The notes under the pieces are model-generated. The model ran no database searches and was not told the DNA's origin. It was given only the letters and a program-made list of their open reading frames with translations. From NCBI GenBank assembly GCA_963635575.1, contig CAVHFU010000032.1:1-15997 (forward strand): a stretch of 15,997 nucleotides of DNA, read 5' to 3'. This DNA comes from a bacterium (lineage in GTDB: Bacteria; Bacillota; Clostridia; TANB77; RGIG9151). The translations under genes and the position numbers were made by a program. Shown here one piece after another: positions 1 to 8,617 of this stretch (the stretch's first letter is position 1; each line of letters begins with the position of its first letter).

Positions 1-64
1 GAAAGGGTATGTTTATATAGTTGTTTTTGACCTTATAAACATATTATACGAGGAGTGAATCTTA

Positions 65-1111
65 TTGAAAAAGAAAAAAGATGAAATAACCATCCGTTCC
101 AGCGCAGCGGAATACTTGACCTATGTCACCTCTATCGGCGATCAGCAGGACAGTATTGAAATGCGCTACGAGGATGAGAATATATGGCTGACTCAGAAGA
201 TGATGGCCACATTGTACGATGTTGGTTTGCCGACGATAAATGAACATATTAAAAAGATTTATGCAGATAGTGAATTAGAAGAGTCTGCAACTATTCGGAA
301 TTTCCGAATAGTTCAAACCGAAGGCTCACGTCAGGTGACTCGTGATACAAAGCATTATAATCTTCAAATGATTATCGCTGTCGGATTTAAAGTGAACAAT
401 GAGCGAGCAGTGCAATTCCGTAAGTGGGCCAATGGCATCGTGAAGGACTACACCATCAAAGGCTGGGTTATGGATGATGAGCGTCTGAAAAATGGTGGTT
501 CTGTGCTTACAGTAGAATACTTTGATCGTTTGTTGGAGCAGATTCGTGAAATCCGTCTGTCTGAGCGCAGATTCTATCAGAAGATAACGGATATCTATGC
601 TACAGCTCTTGATTATGATCGTACAGCAAAAACAACAAAGCAGTTTTTCACTAAGGTACAAAATAAAATGCACTTCGCAGTACACGGGCATACTGCAGCG
701 GAGTTGATTTACGAGCGAGCCGATGCAGATAAGCCACACATGGGATTAACCACTTGGGCATCAGCACCGGAAGGCAAGATTGTAAAAAGTGACGTAAGTA
801 TTGCGAAAAATTATCTGAGTGACCAGGAGATACGATCTTTGGAACGTATCGTATCCGCTTATCTGGATTTGGCAGAAGACCGCGCAGAACGTCATATTCC
901 AATGACAATGGAAGACTGGTCAAAGCGTCTGGATTTATTTCTGATGGCAGATGACCGTGAAGTGCTTCAGGATGCAGGTAAGATCACAGCAGAGATTGCA
1001 AAGGCAAAAGCTGAGACTGAATTTGAAAAATATCGTGTGGTTCAGGATAGATTGTTTATGTCGGATTTTGATAAGTACATGCTAGAGTTAGAAGAGAATG
1101 TAAAGAAATAA
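65..1111 (+). CDS. rhuM: RhuM-family protein, intact copy
   Basis: 348-aa ORF. TTG start lies 9 nt after GAGGAG (50-55). Conserved blocks (NIWLTQKMMATLYDV, YNLQMIIAVGFKVNNERAVQFRKWAN, SERRFYQKITDIYATALDYD) match the RhuM family as I remember it. Hand-counted GC is 23/60 and 29/60 for lines 61-120 and 121-180, against 12/60 for line 1501-1560 in the neighbouring gene. Confidence 0.8.
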   Translation: MKKKKDEITIRSSAAEYLTYVTSIGDQQDSIEMRYEDENIWLTQKMMATLYDVGLPTINEHIKKIYADSELEESATIRNFRIVQTEGSRQVTRDTKHYNLQMIIAVGFKVNNERAVQFRKWANGIVKDYTIKGWVMDDERLKNGGSVLTVEYFDRLLEQIREIRLSERRFYQKITDIYATALDYDRTAKTTKQFFTKVQNKMHFAVHGHTAAELIYERADADKPHMGLTTWASAPEGKIVKSDVSIAKNYLSDQEIRSLERIVSAYLDLAEDRAERHIPMTMEDWSKRLDLFLMADDREVLQDAGKITAEIAKAKAETEFEKYRVVQDRLFMSDFDKYMLELEENVKK

Positions 1112-1264
1112 TGTCGTTATTGCGAGTTGGGACGGTTACGTTGCTATGTCGTGAATAGTGCCTCAAAGCATTGTAAATAAAGGAATTTTGAATTTTTAAA
1201 AATCACTTAGTACAACAAAATGTCATTCGCGTTTCGAACCATATTTCCCAAAACCACAAAAAAC

Positions 1265-1293
1265 TTGAATTTGAGAAATAGAAATGGTATAAT
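1265..1293 (+). promoter_or_regulatory. sigma-A type promoter for the ATPase gene
   Basis: -35 TTGAAT (1265-1270), 17-nt spacer, extended -10 TGgTATAAT (1285-1293), about 40 nt upstream of the start codon. Confidence 0.6.
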
Positions 1294-1334
1294 ATGATAA
1301 AACACGGATAAAATAAATAGAGGTGAGTAATCAT

Positions 1335-2522
1335 ATGAAGATAATAGAACGAGATTATTTACAAAAGTTGATAAATGTAATAGGGACTCCAGATATAAAA
1401 GTAATAACTGGAGTTAGACGTAGTGGAAAATCAAAATTGCTAGAAATATTTGAAGATTATATAAGGGAAAATATTGAAGAACATAATATAATTAGTATAG
1501 ATTTTAATTTACTAGAATTTGAATATTTGCAGAATTATAAAGAATTGAATGCCTATATTGAAGGAAAATACAGAGAAGGCAAAAAGAATTTTATTTGTAT
1601 AGATGAAATACAAATGTGTGATAATTTTGAGAAAGCTATAAATAGTTTACATGCGACTGAAAAATACGATATTTATTTAACTGGTTCAAATGCTTTTTTG
1701 TTGAGTAGTGATTTAGCAACACTATTTACAGGAAGAACTTTTGAAGTCAAAATTTATCCTTTTTCATTTAAGGAATTTTTAAAATATTATGAATTTGAAG
1801 ATGTAGACTCAGCTTTTGATAAGTATGTATTAGAAGGTGGCTTATCAGGTTCTTATCTATATAAAACAGATGAAGATAAATATAACTATATTTCAGAAGT
1901 ATATAGAACGTTAATTGTGCGAGATATAATTAAGAGATATAAAATAAAAAATAAGGAATTATTAGATAATTTGAATGATTTTCTAATGGATAATATATCT
2001 AACATGACAACAGCAAGGAATATAACAAAAGAATTAAATTCTAACAGTACAGAAATTAATCATAAAACGATTGGCTCTTATATTAAATATTTATGCAATG
2101 CTTTTTTATATTACAATGTTAAGAGGTACGATATCCAAGGTAAAAAGTATTTAACAATGCAAGAAAAATATTATTTAGTAGATCAAGGATTTAAATATGC
2201 AAGGTTAGGAACAAAAAATATTAATTATGGAAGAATTTATGAAAATATTGTAGCAATAGAATTATTAAGACGTGGATATGAACTATATGTTGGGGTTTTA
2301 TATGGTAAAGAAGTAGATTTTGTGGCGATAAAGCAAAATGAAAAAATATATATTCAAGTGTCAGATAATATAAGCGATGAGAAAACTTTTAAAAGAGAAG
2401 TAGATTCACTATTAAAAATTAAAGACGCATATCCTAAAATGATTATAGCTAGAACAAAACATGATAAGTATCAATATGAAGGTATAGAAATTATAGATAT
2501 TGCGGAGTGGTTAGCTAATTAA
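1335..2522 (+). CDS. AAA-family ATPase with DUF4143-type C-terminal domain
   Basis: Walker A-like GVRRSGKSK and Walker B-like FICIDEIQ. Length and layout fit the AAA_14 + DUF4143 'ATP-binding protein' family. The ORF opens at GTG 1323, but ATG 1335 lies 9 nt after GAGGTG (1320-1325), so 1335 is preferred. Extremely AT-rich (about 20% GC in a sampled line). Confidence 0.8.
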   Translation: MKIIERDYLQKLINVIGTPDIKVITGVRRSGKSKLLEIFEDYIRENIEEHNIISIDFNLLEFEYLQNYKELNAYIEGKYREGKKNFICIDEIQMCDNFEKAINSLHATEKYDIYLTGSNAFLLSSDLATLFTGRTFEVKIYPFSFKEFLKYYEFEDVDSAFDKYVLEGGLSGSYLYKTDEDKYNYISEVYRTLIVRDIIKRYKIKNKELLDNLNDFLMDNISNMTTARNITKELNSNSTEINHKTIGSYIKYLCNAFLYYNVKRYDIQGKKYLTMQEKYYLVDQGFKYARLGTKNINYGRIYENIVAIELLRRGYELYVGVLYGKEVDFVAIKQNEKIYIQVSDNISDEKTFKREVDSLLKIKDAYPKMIIARTKHDKYQYEGIEIIDIAEWLAN

Positions 2523-2534
2523 ATATTAAAAAGA

Positions 2535-2722
2535 ATGGCAAACGGAAAGAGTTTAGAAACTGATATAGTAATACCCAAAAATTATTTATCTAAGGAGGAA
2601 CTCGAAAGTTTAGAACTAGTAGTATCGGCTTTTCTGGATTTAGCAGAAAATAGAGCAAAAAACATATTCCAATGACAATGGAAGATTGGTCTACGAGAAT
2701 AGATAAATTTTTATTTGACGAT
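2535..2722 (+). pseudogene. Decayed fragment of a second rhuM-family gene (internal/C-proximal part, frameshifted)
   Basis: Frame 1 (2535-2675) reads MANGKSLETDIVIPKNYLSKEELESLELVVSAFLDLAENRAKNIFQ*. This aligns to the intact copy's ...KIVKSDVSIAKNYLSDQEIRSLERIVSAYLDLAEDRAERHIP. After a 1-nt loss in the A-run 2657-2662, the next frame (2663-2722) reads HIPMTMEDWSTRIDKFLFDD, matching HIPMTMEDWSKRLDLFLMADD. The string catattccaatgacaatggaaga is identical in both copies (893-915 and 2663-2685). About 240 N-terminal codons are missing and similarity stops after 2722. Confidence 0.75.
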
Positions 2723-2910
2723 TTATTAATTATTTGTGATATAAGTATACGTAGCAAACGTTCAACTATTAAGAGTACGTATTAAGTAATAGTCAGTTAT
2801 ACCCAAATATATAAAAAGTAACTATTCATAATTAACAAACATATCACGTCGAGACGGTGTGCCAATTGGAGAGAGTATAGTGTAGTTATAAAAAAGGAGC
2901 AGATGAACAT

Positions 2911-3435
2911 ATGAAATTAGAAGATTATGTAACAAACATTCCGGATTATCCGAAGAAAGGAATTATATTTAGAGACATATCTGGACTTATAGCACATCCT
3001 GAGGCATTTTCGAACTCTATTGATGAACTTAGTAAGCTTATTGAAAACGAAGAATACAAAAGTTTCGTGTGTGCCGATGCAAGAGGCTTTATATTTGGGT
3101 CGGCTCTTGCATATAAAAACCATAAAGGTGTTATTATGGCTAGAAAAGCTGGAAAGTTGCCAATGGAAACGGAAAAGATGGCTTATAAGTTAGAGTACGG
3201 AATGGCAGAAGTCGAGATAGAAAAGTGTCTCATAAATAAAGGTGATAAGGTTGTCATAGTTGATGATTTACTTGCTACAGGAGGGACAACAAACGCAATT
3301 GCACAAATTGTTGAAAAGCTGGGTGGAGAAGTAGCAAAGATTATATTTGTCATAGAATTAGAAGGTTTAGGAGGCCGTGAATTACTTTCAAAATATAAAG
3401 TAGAATCACTAATAAAATACAAAGAAGAATTATAG
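2911..3435 (+). CDS. apt: Adenine phosphoribosyltransferase
   Basis: 174 aa. Has the N-terminal IPDYPKKGIIFRDIS motif and the PRPP-binding loop VVIVDDLLATGGT. AAGGAG lies upstream of the ATG. Confidence 0.95.
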   Translation: MKLEDYVTNIPDYPKKGIIFRDISGLIAHPEAFSNSIDELSKLIENEEYKSFVCADARGFIFGSALAYKNHKGVIMARKAGKLPMETEKMAYKLEYGMAEVEIEKCLINKGDKVVIVDDLLATGGTTNAIAQIVEKLGGEVAKIIFVIELEGLGGRELLSKYKVESLIKYKEEL

Positions 3436-3474
3436 TATGTAAACTTTATTTTTGGCAAAAATTATTACTTAATA

Positions 3475-3508
3475 AAAATCGTTGACCCTAATTAGTCAAC
3501 GATTTTAA
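3475..3508. terminator. Bidirectional intrinsic terminator shared by apt (+) and the surface-protein gene (-)
   Basis: Perfect 12-bp inverted repeat aaaatcgttgac (3475-3486) / gtcaacgatttt (3495-3506) with an 8-nt loop. It is flanked by A-runs and T-runs on both sides and sits between two convergent stop codons. Confidence 0.8.
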
Positions 3509-3536
3509 AATACATAGTTAGAAAGAAATACTTTAG

Positions 3537-4907
3537 TTATGCACGGATTATGATCGCTATAAACAATGCTATTAATATAATAGTACATACTATAATTAAT
3601 GCGTAAGGTATCTCATATACCTCGACATTTATAGTGTCTGAACTTCCTAAAAGTGAAACTGTTACGGCAGTTTTGCCTTTTAATACGCCTGTAATCTCTC
3701 CGTTATTGGAAACGGTTGCGATACTTTCATCAGCACTAGTCCATATTTCTAAATTTTTGTCTATAATATTTTCAAACCCTTTTGGAATTGTAGAAATTAT
3801 TGAAGTGATTTTTATACTTTCACCTTTTTTAATTCTCATGCTATCTTCTAATGAAATACTATACTCTATTTCCTTTAAATCTTCTTTTGGAATTGTAGAA
3901 TATTCTATTATTTTCGGAACAATAACTAAATTTATTTCTTCCTTCGAGGTATCTAGAGGGATTTTGTTGCTGACACCTGCATCTAAAGTATTAATTTTCC
4001 CATTTAACAAATTTACGGATGCCTGATTAATTGTACCTGTAACAGCTGGGTCGTCTTTTTCACCACCAACATAAAATTTGTCTACTACGCCACCATTTAC
4101 TGTAGTTACGGACTTATTAACAGTGCCACGATTAACAGACTGATATATTCCGACTTCTCCGCCATTTATTATTAGAAAAGTTGAATCTGTATAACCGTTG
4201 GAACCTCCTGCGGTTAGATAGGCATTTTTAAGATCACCGTTATTTATAATTATATTAGTGGATCCGGTATAGGCATAGCCTTGCCCACCACCCCAAGCAC
4301 TATTAGTGATATTTCCACCGTTTATAGTAAGATTAGCCAGGTTTACGCGAGTTTTTGAATTTATCGGTTCGTCAGCTGTGCCACCCGAATAAATCTTTTC
4401 ATTTATTTTTGCATATGCAGCACCTCCGGCGATTGCAGAGTTTACAGTTCCGTTATTAATTGTGACATTAGCTGTGTTTACTGTTGAAAATATTAAGCCT
4501 CCACCATATAACGATTCTGTTACATTTCCACCGTTAATAACTACATTTGATGTTTTTACTTGTGCGATAGAGCCTTCATCGGTAGACACACCTCCACCAT
4601 AAATAAATGCGATTTTTCCGCTTTCCATTGTTATACTAGAGGTTTCATAATTCGAACCATTTTTTCCACCACCGAAAATATATCCACTTGAATTTAGGGT
4701 TTGAGTATTTTTCCCACTATTCCAAGTTACAGTAACTGTGTTTTCTGTTTCTCCGGAAGTGACCGTAATCGGAGTGCCATTTGCAAAAAAAGCTCCTGTT
4801 TCATTAAAACTTGCATCATATATAGGGGAATCTTGTGCATGGGAAATTGTATTAAAAGAAAACAAAACTGTAAAAGTTAGTATTAAGCAAAAGAATATTT
4901 TTTTCAA
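3537..4907 (-). CDS. Secreted cell-surface protein: signal peptide, Gly-rich beta-solenoid-like repeats, Big_2-like Ig domain, C-terminal membrane anchor
   Basis: TTG start lies 7 nt after GGAGGA on the minus strand. N-terminus MKKIFFCLILTFTVLFSFNTISHA is followed by QD, a signal-peptide-like arrangement. About 8 degenerate repeats of the type (V/I)xINGGxVxxxxYGGG occur with roughly 22-27 aa periodicity. The segment ...WTSADESIATVSNNGEITGVLKGKTAVTV... resembles bacterial Ig-like group 2. The extreme C-terminus ALIIVCTIILIALFIAIIIRA is a hydrophobic helix. No LPXTG motif. Confidence 0.75.
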   Translation of the reverse strand: MKKIFFCLILTFTVLFSFNTISHAQDSPIYDASFNETGAFFANGTPITVTSGETENTVTVTWNSGKNTQTLNSSGYIFGGGKNGSNYETSSITMESGKIAFIYGGGVSTDEGSIAQVKTSNVVINGGNVTESLYGGGLIFSTVNTANVTINNGTVNSAIAGGAAYAKINEKIYSGGTADEPINSKTRVNLANLTINGGNITNSAWGGGQGYAYTGSTNIIINNGDLKNAYLTAGGSNGYTDSTFLIINGGEVGIYQSVNRGTVNKSVTTVNGGVVDKFYVGGEKDDPAVTGTINQASVNLLNGKINTLDAGVSNKIPLDTSKEEINLVIVPKIIEYSTIPKEDLKEIEYSISLEDSMRIKKGESIKITSIISTIPKGFENIIDKNLEIWTSADESIATVSNNGEITGVLKGKTAVTVSLLGSSDTINVEVYEIPYALIIVCTIILIALFIAIIIRA

Positions 4908-5035
4908 TTTTCATTCCTCCTCACATATAAATAGTATTCATTCTTTTTGGATTTGTTTACATATTAGGCGGTGATTTCTGAAAAATGTATGCGTAAATAA
5001 TAAGGGTAATTTGTCGAAAGATAATTGTTTCTTTA

Positions 5036-5064
5036 TTGACTTTTTGTGATGGAAATTATAGAAT
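5036..5064 (+). promoter_or_regulatory. sigma-A type promoter of the rex-adhE-hyd operon
   Basis: -35 TTGACT (5036-5041), 17-nt spacer, -10 TAGAAT (5059-5064), about 40 nt upstream of the rex ATG. AGGAGG RBS at 5091-5096. Confidence 0.6.
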
Positions 5065-5103
5065 TATATCGATAATGGAATATCAATATGAGGAGGCGAG
5101 AAA

Positions 5104-5763
5104 ATGGACTGCGAGATTTATAAGTCTGTGCCTACTGCGACACTTTCAAGATTACCGATTTATTACAGATATCTAATTAAACTTCAAAAGTTTGGGGAAA
5201 AAAATATATCGTCGGCTAAAATTTCGTCCGATATGAATTTAAGTGCCGTTCAGGTAAGAAAAGACCTCGCTTGTGTGAGCAGTATTGCAGGTAGACCCAA
5301 AACTGGCTTTGATGTCGATGAGCTAATTAAAGATATTGCCTTATTTTTAGGGTATGACAATACAACAGACGCAATAATAGTTGGGGTAGGGCAACTTGGG
5401 AGAACCTTATTATCTTATGCGGGATTTGAGAATTATGGATTAAATATTGTTGCAGGGTTTGATGTGAATGAAAAAATTATTGGTAGCAAGGTAAATGGCA
5501 AGCTTATAATGCCTATTGAAAAATTAAAGAATTTTGCTGAGCGTATAAATGCACATATTGGCATAATTACTGTTCCATATCAAGAAGCACAAAAAGTTTG
5601 TGACGTGTTGGTTGAGGCTGGAATAAAGGCAATTTGGAATTTTGCACCTACACATATTTATGTGCCGGAGGGGGTAGTAATAAAAGATGAAGATATTGCC
5701 TCGTCGTTAGCTATATTATCCGGGCAACTAAAAGATTTATATAAAGGAGAGAGAGTATTATGA
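5104..5763 (+). CDS. rex: Redox-sensing transcriptional repressor Rex (NADH/NAD+ sensor)
   Basis: 219 aa. N-terminal winged-helix LSRLPIYYRYL...VRKDL, Rossmann motif GVGQLGRTL, and C-terminal WNFAP block, all typical of Rex. Confidence 0.9.
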   Translation: MDCEIYKSVPTATLSRLPIYYRYLIKLQKFGEKNISSAKISSDMNLSAVQVRKDLACVSSIAGRPKTGFDVDELIKDIALFLGYDNTTDAIIVGVGQLGRTLLSYAGFENYGLNIVAGFDVNEKIIGSKVNGKLIMPIEKLKNFAERINAHIGIITVPYQEAQKVCDVLVEAGIKAIWNFAPTHIYVPEGVVIKDEDIASSLAILSGQLKDLYKGERVL

Positions 5764-8339
5764 GAGATGTTAATGAAATGGTAAATGAGTTAGCAGTCAA
5801 GGCTGAAAAAGCTCTTAGAGAGTATATGCTCCTTGACCAAAAACAAGTCGACAAGATAGTTAATGCGATGGCATTAGCGGGACTTGACCATCATATGGAA
5901 CTAGCCAGAATGGCTGCCGAGGAGACCAATAGAGGTGTGTATGAAGACAAGGTTATTAAAAATATTTTCGCTACTGAATATATATGGCATTCGATAAAAG
6001 ATGAAAAAACAGTAGGAACTATTGAAGAAAATGAACTTGAAGGGTATGTTGAAGTGGCAGAGCCAATAGGAATTGTTGCCGGAGTTACACCGGTTACAAA
6101 CCCAACTTCTACAACAATGTTTAAATCATTAATTTGTGCAAAGGCTAGAAACCCTATTATATTTGGATTTCATCCGTCTGCTCAACAATGTTCAAAAAGA
6201 GCTGCTGAAATCTTAAGAGAAGCTGCTGTTAAGGCGGGAGCTCCTGAGGATTGTATTCAATGGATAGAAGAACCATCTATTGAAGCGACTACTGCTCTTA
6301 TGAATCATCCAAGTGTTTCTCTTATTTTGGCAACAGGTGGTGCCGGAATGGTTAAATCTGCGTATAGCTGCGGAAAACCTGCTTTAGGTGTTGGACCTGG
6401 TAATGCACCTTGCTATATTGAAACTACTGCAAAGCTAAAGAGAGCTTGTACAGACTTAATGCTTTCTAAAACTTTTGATAATGGTATGATCTGTGCGTCC
6501 GAACAGGCTGTCGTTGTTGATAGGGTTGTTCAATCAGCCTTTGAAGAGTATATGAAGGCGAATAATTGTTATTTCTTAAATGATGATGAAATCAGACAAC
6601 TTACGGAATTTATGATGCCTGAGGGTAAACTTAATTCTAAAGTTGTTGGTATGCCGGCTAGTGTTATTGCAGAAATGGCGGGAATAAATGTAGATAGCAA
6701 AACTAAGATTTTAATAGCTAAGCTTGACGGGGTTGGACCTGAATATCCGCTTTCAAAAGAAAAGTTATCTCCTGTTTTGGCGTACTACGTAGTAGACGGA
6801 TATGAAGAAGGTTTTGATGTTTGTAAGAGAATCTTAGATTTTGGCGGACTTGGACATTCAGCTATTATTCACAGCAATAATGAAGGGATTATTAAGAAGT
6901 TTGGCGAAGCGATGAAGGTTGGAAGAATAATTGTTAATTCACCTTCTTCACAAGGTGCAATTGGCGATATTTATAATACAAATACTCCGTCACTTACTTT
7001 AGGATGCGGTTCTTATGGACATAACAGTACGACCTCTAATGTATCTACCGTGAATCTTATAAATAAAAAGAAAATAGCAGAAAGAAGGGTTAATATGCAA
7101 TGGTTTAAAATTCCACCGAAGATTTATTTTGAAAAAGATTCAATTCAATATTTAGAGAACATGGAAGGTATTTCTAGAGCATTTATTGTTACTGACCCAA
7201 TGATGGTAAAACTCGGGTATGTTGATAAGGCATTATATTATCTAAGAAAAAGAGAGCAATATTGTCACTCAAAGATTTACTCAGACGTTGAGCCTGATCC
7301 GGATGTAGATACAATTATGCGCGGCGTAGCAGAAATGCGTGACTTTAAGCCGGATGTTATCATTGCTATTGGCGGTGGTTCTGCAATTGACGCAGCTAAG
7401 GGTATGTGGCTATTTTATGAGCATCCTGATGCTACTTTTGATGGACTTAAACAAAAGTTTATGGATATAAGAAAAAGAGTTGTTAAATTCCCTAATTTAG
7501 GACAATTAGCAAAATTTGTTGCTGTGCCTACAACAAGTGGAACAGGTAGTGAAGTTACAGCGTTTGCAGTTATTACAGATAGGAAGAATGGAAATATTAA
7601 ATATCCTTTGGCGGATTATGCATTAAAACCGGATGTTGCAATTATTGACCCACAATTTGTAATGAGTCTACCAAAATCTTCAACAGCAGATACCGGTATG
7701 GACGTTTTAACACACGCACTAGAAGCATATGTTTCTAATATGGCTAGTGATTATACTGATGGTCTTGCACTTCAAGCTATGGACTTAGTATTTGACTACT
7801 TGAAACGTGCTTATGACCATGGTGAGGAAGATGAGAAAGCAAGAGAGAAAATGCATAATGCAAGTTGTATTGCCGGAATGGCATTTACTAATGCTTTCTT
7901 GGGATTAAACCACAGTATGGCTCATAAATTAGGAGGGGAGTACCACATTCCTCATGGTAGAGCGAATGCAGTATTGCTTCCGTATGTTATAAAATACAAC
8001 GCAACAAAACCTACAAAATTTGCTACATTCCCTAAATACGAATACTTTGTTGCAGATGAGAAGTATGCGAAAGCCGCAAGATTTATCGGACTTGCAGGAA
8101 ATACAACAGAAGAAAGTGTAGATAACCTAATTAAGGCTATAAGACAATTAATGAGAGATTTAAATATGCCGATGTCTATTCGTGAATGTGGTGTAGATGA
8201 AGACGTATTTATGTCGGGATTAAGAAAATTAGCTGAAAATGCTCACGACGACCAATGCACAGGTGCAAATCCAAGATATCCTCTTGTTGAAGAAATTATG
8301 GAGCTTTATAAACAAGCTTATTACGGAGAGGAAAATTAG
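5760..8339 (+). CDS. adhE: Bifunctional acetaldehyde-CoA / alcohol dehydrogenase
   Basis: 859 aa. The N-terminal ALDH domain has the catalytic-Cys block [11 protein letters not shown]. The C-terminal Fe-ADH domain has [10 protein letters not shown] and [18 protein letters not shown]. The ATG overlaps the rex stop (ATGA, 5760-5763). A GGAGAGAGAG SD lies upstream. Confidence 0.97.
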   Translation: MRDVNEMVNELAVKAEKALREYMLLDQKQVDKIVNAMALAGLDHHMELARMAAEETNRGVYEDKVIKNIFATEYIWHSIKDEKTVGTIEENELEGYVEVAEPIGIVAGVTPVTNPTSTTMFKSLICAKARNPIIFGFHPSAQQCSKRAAEILREAAVKAGAPEDCIQWIEEPSIEATTALMNHPSVSLILATGGAGMVKSAYSCGKPALGVGPGNAPCYIETTAKLKRACTDLMLSKTFDNGMICASEQAVVVDRVVQSAFEEYMKANNCYFLNDDEIRQLTEFMMPEGKLNSKVVGMPASVIAEMAGINVDSKTKILIAKLDGVGPEYPLSKEKLSPVLAYYVVDGYEEGFDVCKRILDFGGLGHSAIIHSNNEGIIKKFGEAMKVGRIIVNSPSSQGAIGDIYNTNTPSLTLGCGSYGHNSTTSNVSTVNLINKKKIAERRVNMQWFKIPPKIYFEKDSIQYLENMEGISRAFIVTDPMMVKLGYVDKALYYLRKREQYCHSKIYSDVEPDPDVDTIMRGVAEMRDFKPDVIIAIGGGSAIDAAKGMWLFYEHPDATFDGLKQKFMDIRKRVVKFPNLGQLAKFVAVPTTSGTGSEVTAFAVITDRKNGNIKYPLADYALKPDVAIIDPQFVMSLPKSSTADTGMDVLTHALEAYVSNMASDYTDGLALQAMDLVFDYLKRAYDHGEEDEKAREKMHNASCIAGMAFTNAFLGLNHSMAHKLGGEYHIPHGRANAVLLPYVIKYNATKPTKFATFPKYEYFVADEKYAKAARFIGLAGNTTEESVDNLIKAIRQLMRDLNMPMSIRECGVDEDVFMSGLRKLAENAHDDQCTGANPRYPLVEEIMELYKQAYYGEEN

Positions 8340-8355
8340 AAAGGAGAATATAGTT

Positions 8356-8604
8356 ATGGTATTGAAGGTTTGCGTAGGAAGTTCATGTCACTTAAAAGGT
8401 TCTTATGATGTTATTGAGAAATTTAAAGAACTGTTAAAAAAATATGAAGTAGAAGATGTAATAGAGTTACAAGCAAGTTTCTGTCTTGGACATTGCTCAG
8501 AGGGCGTTACTGTTAAGGCTGACGAGAGATTTATATTAAATGTTAATGCTGACAATGCAGAGGAGATTTTTATAAATGAAATTTTGCCGTCTGTAAACGG
8601 TTAG
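8356..8604 (+). CDS. Small thioredoxin-like [2Fe-2S] ferredoxin (NuoE/HydC-like fold)
   Basis: 82 aa counted from ATG 8356, which lies 9 nt after AAGGAG (8341-8346). Cys pattern is Cx4Cx31Cx3C (CVGSSC ... CLGHC). The tracked ORF start at 8239 lies inside adhE and has no SD. Confidence 0.8.
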   Translation: MVLKVCVGSSCHLKGSYDVIEKFKELLKKYEVEDVIELQASFCLGHCSEGVTVKADERFILNVNADNAEEIFINEILPSVNG

Positions 8605-8617
8605 GAGTGAGAGCTTT

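Noticed and set aside
8-43. A 10-bp perfect inverted repeat tatgtttata / tataaacata upstream of rhuM, considered as a terminator, operator or element end.
   Set aside because: It is entirely A/T-rich with a 16-nt loop and no T-run, and it sits at the window edge, so context is missing. No matching repeat elsewhere in the window suggests terminal inverted repeats.
2723-2910. Purine riboswitch or other leader upstream of apt.
   Set aside because: I could not find the conserved purine-riboswitch junction and loop sequences. There are only short AT-rich inverted repeats (for example ATACGTA...TACGTAT) and an imperfect cacgtc/gacggtg hairpin. A covariance-model scan (Rfam) would be needed.
4898-4914. 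An A7 tract (T7 on the + strand) immediately after the TTG start of the surface-protein gene, plus an out-of-frame ATG abutting the SD, considered as a slipped-strand phase-variation switch.
   Set aside because: Seven nucleotides is short for efficient slippage. The alternative ATG has zero spacing from the SD, and its frame terminates after about 20 codons. There is no population-level evidence available from a single sequence.
5043-5062. Possible Rex operator (TTGTGA half-site) in the spacer of the rex-operon promoter, which would imply autoregulation.
   Set aside because: Only the left half (TTGTGA) fits the TTGTGAA-N4-TTCACAA / TTGTTAA-N4-TTAACAA type consensus. The right half (ATTATAG) matches about 3 of 7 positions. 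This cannot be supported without a position-weight-matrix scan or EMSA.
8239-8355. The tracked 121-aa ORF start for the ferredoxin gene, overlapping the 3' end of adhE by about 100 nt.
   Set aside because: No SD precedes 8239 and the extension has no ferredoxin-like sequence. ATG 8356 has AAGGAG at ideal spacing and gives the full Cx4C...Cx3C protein.
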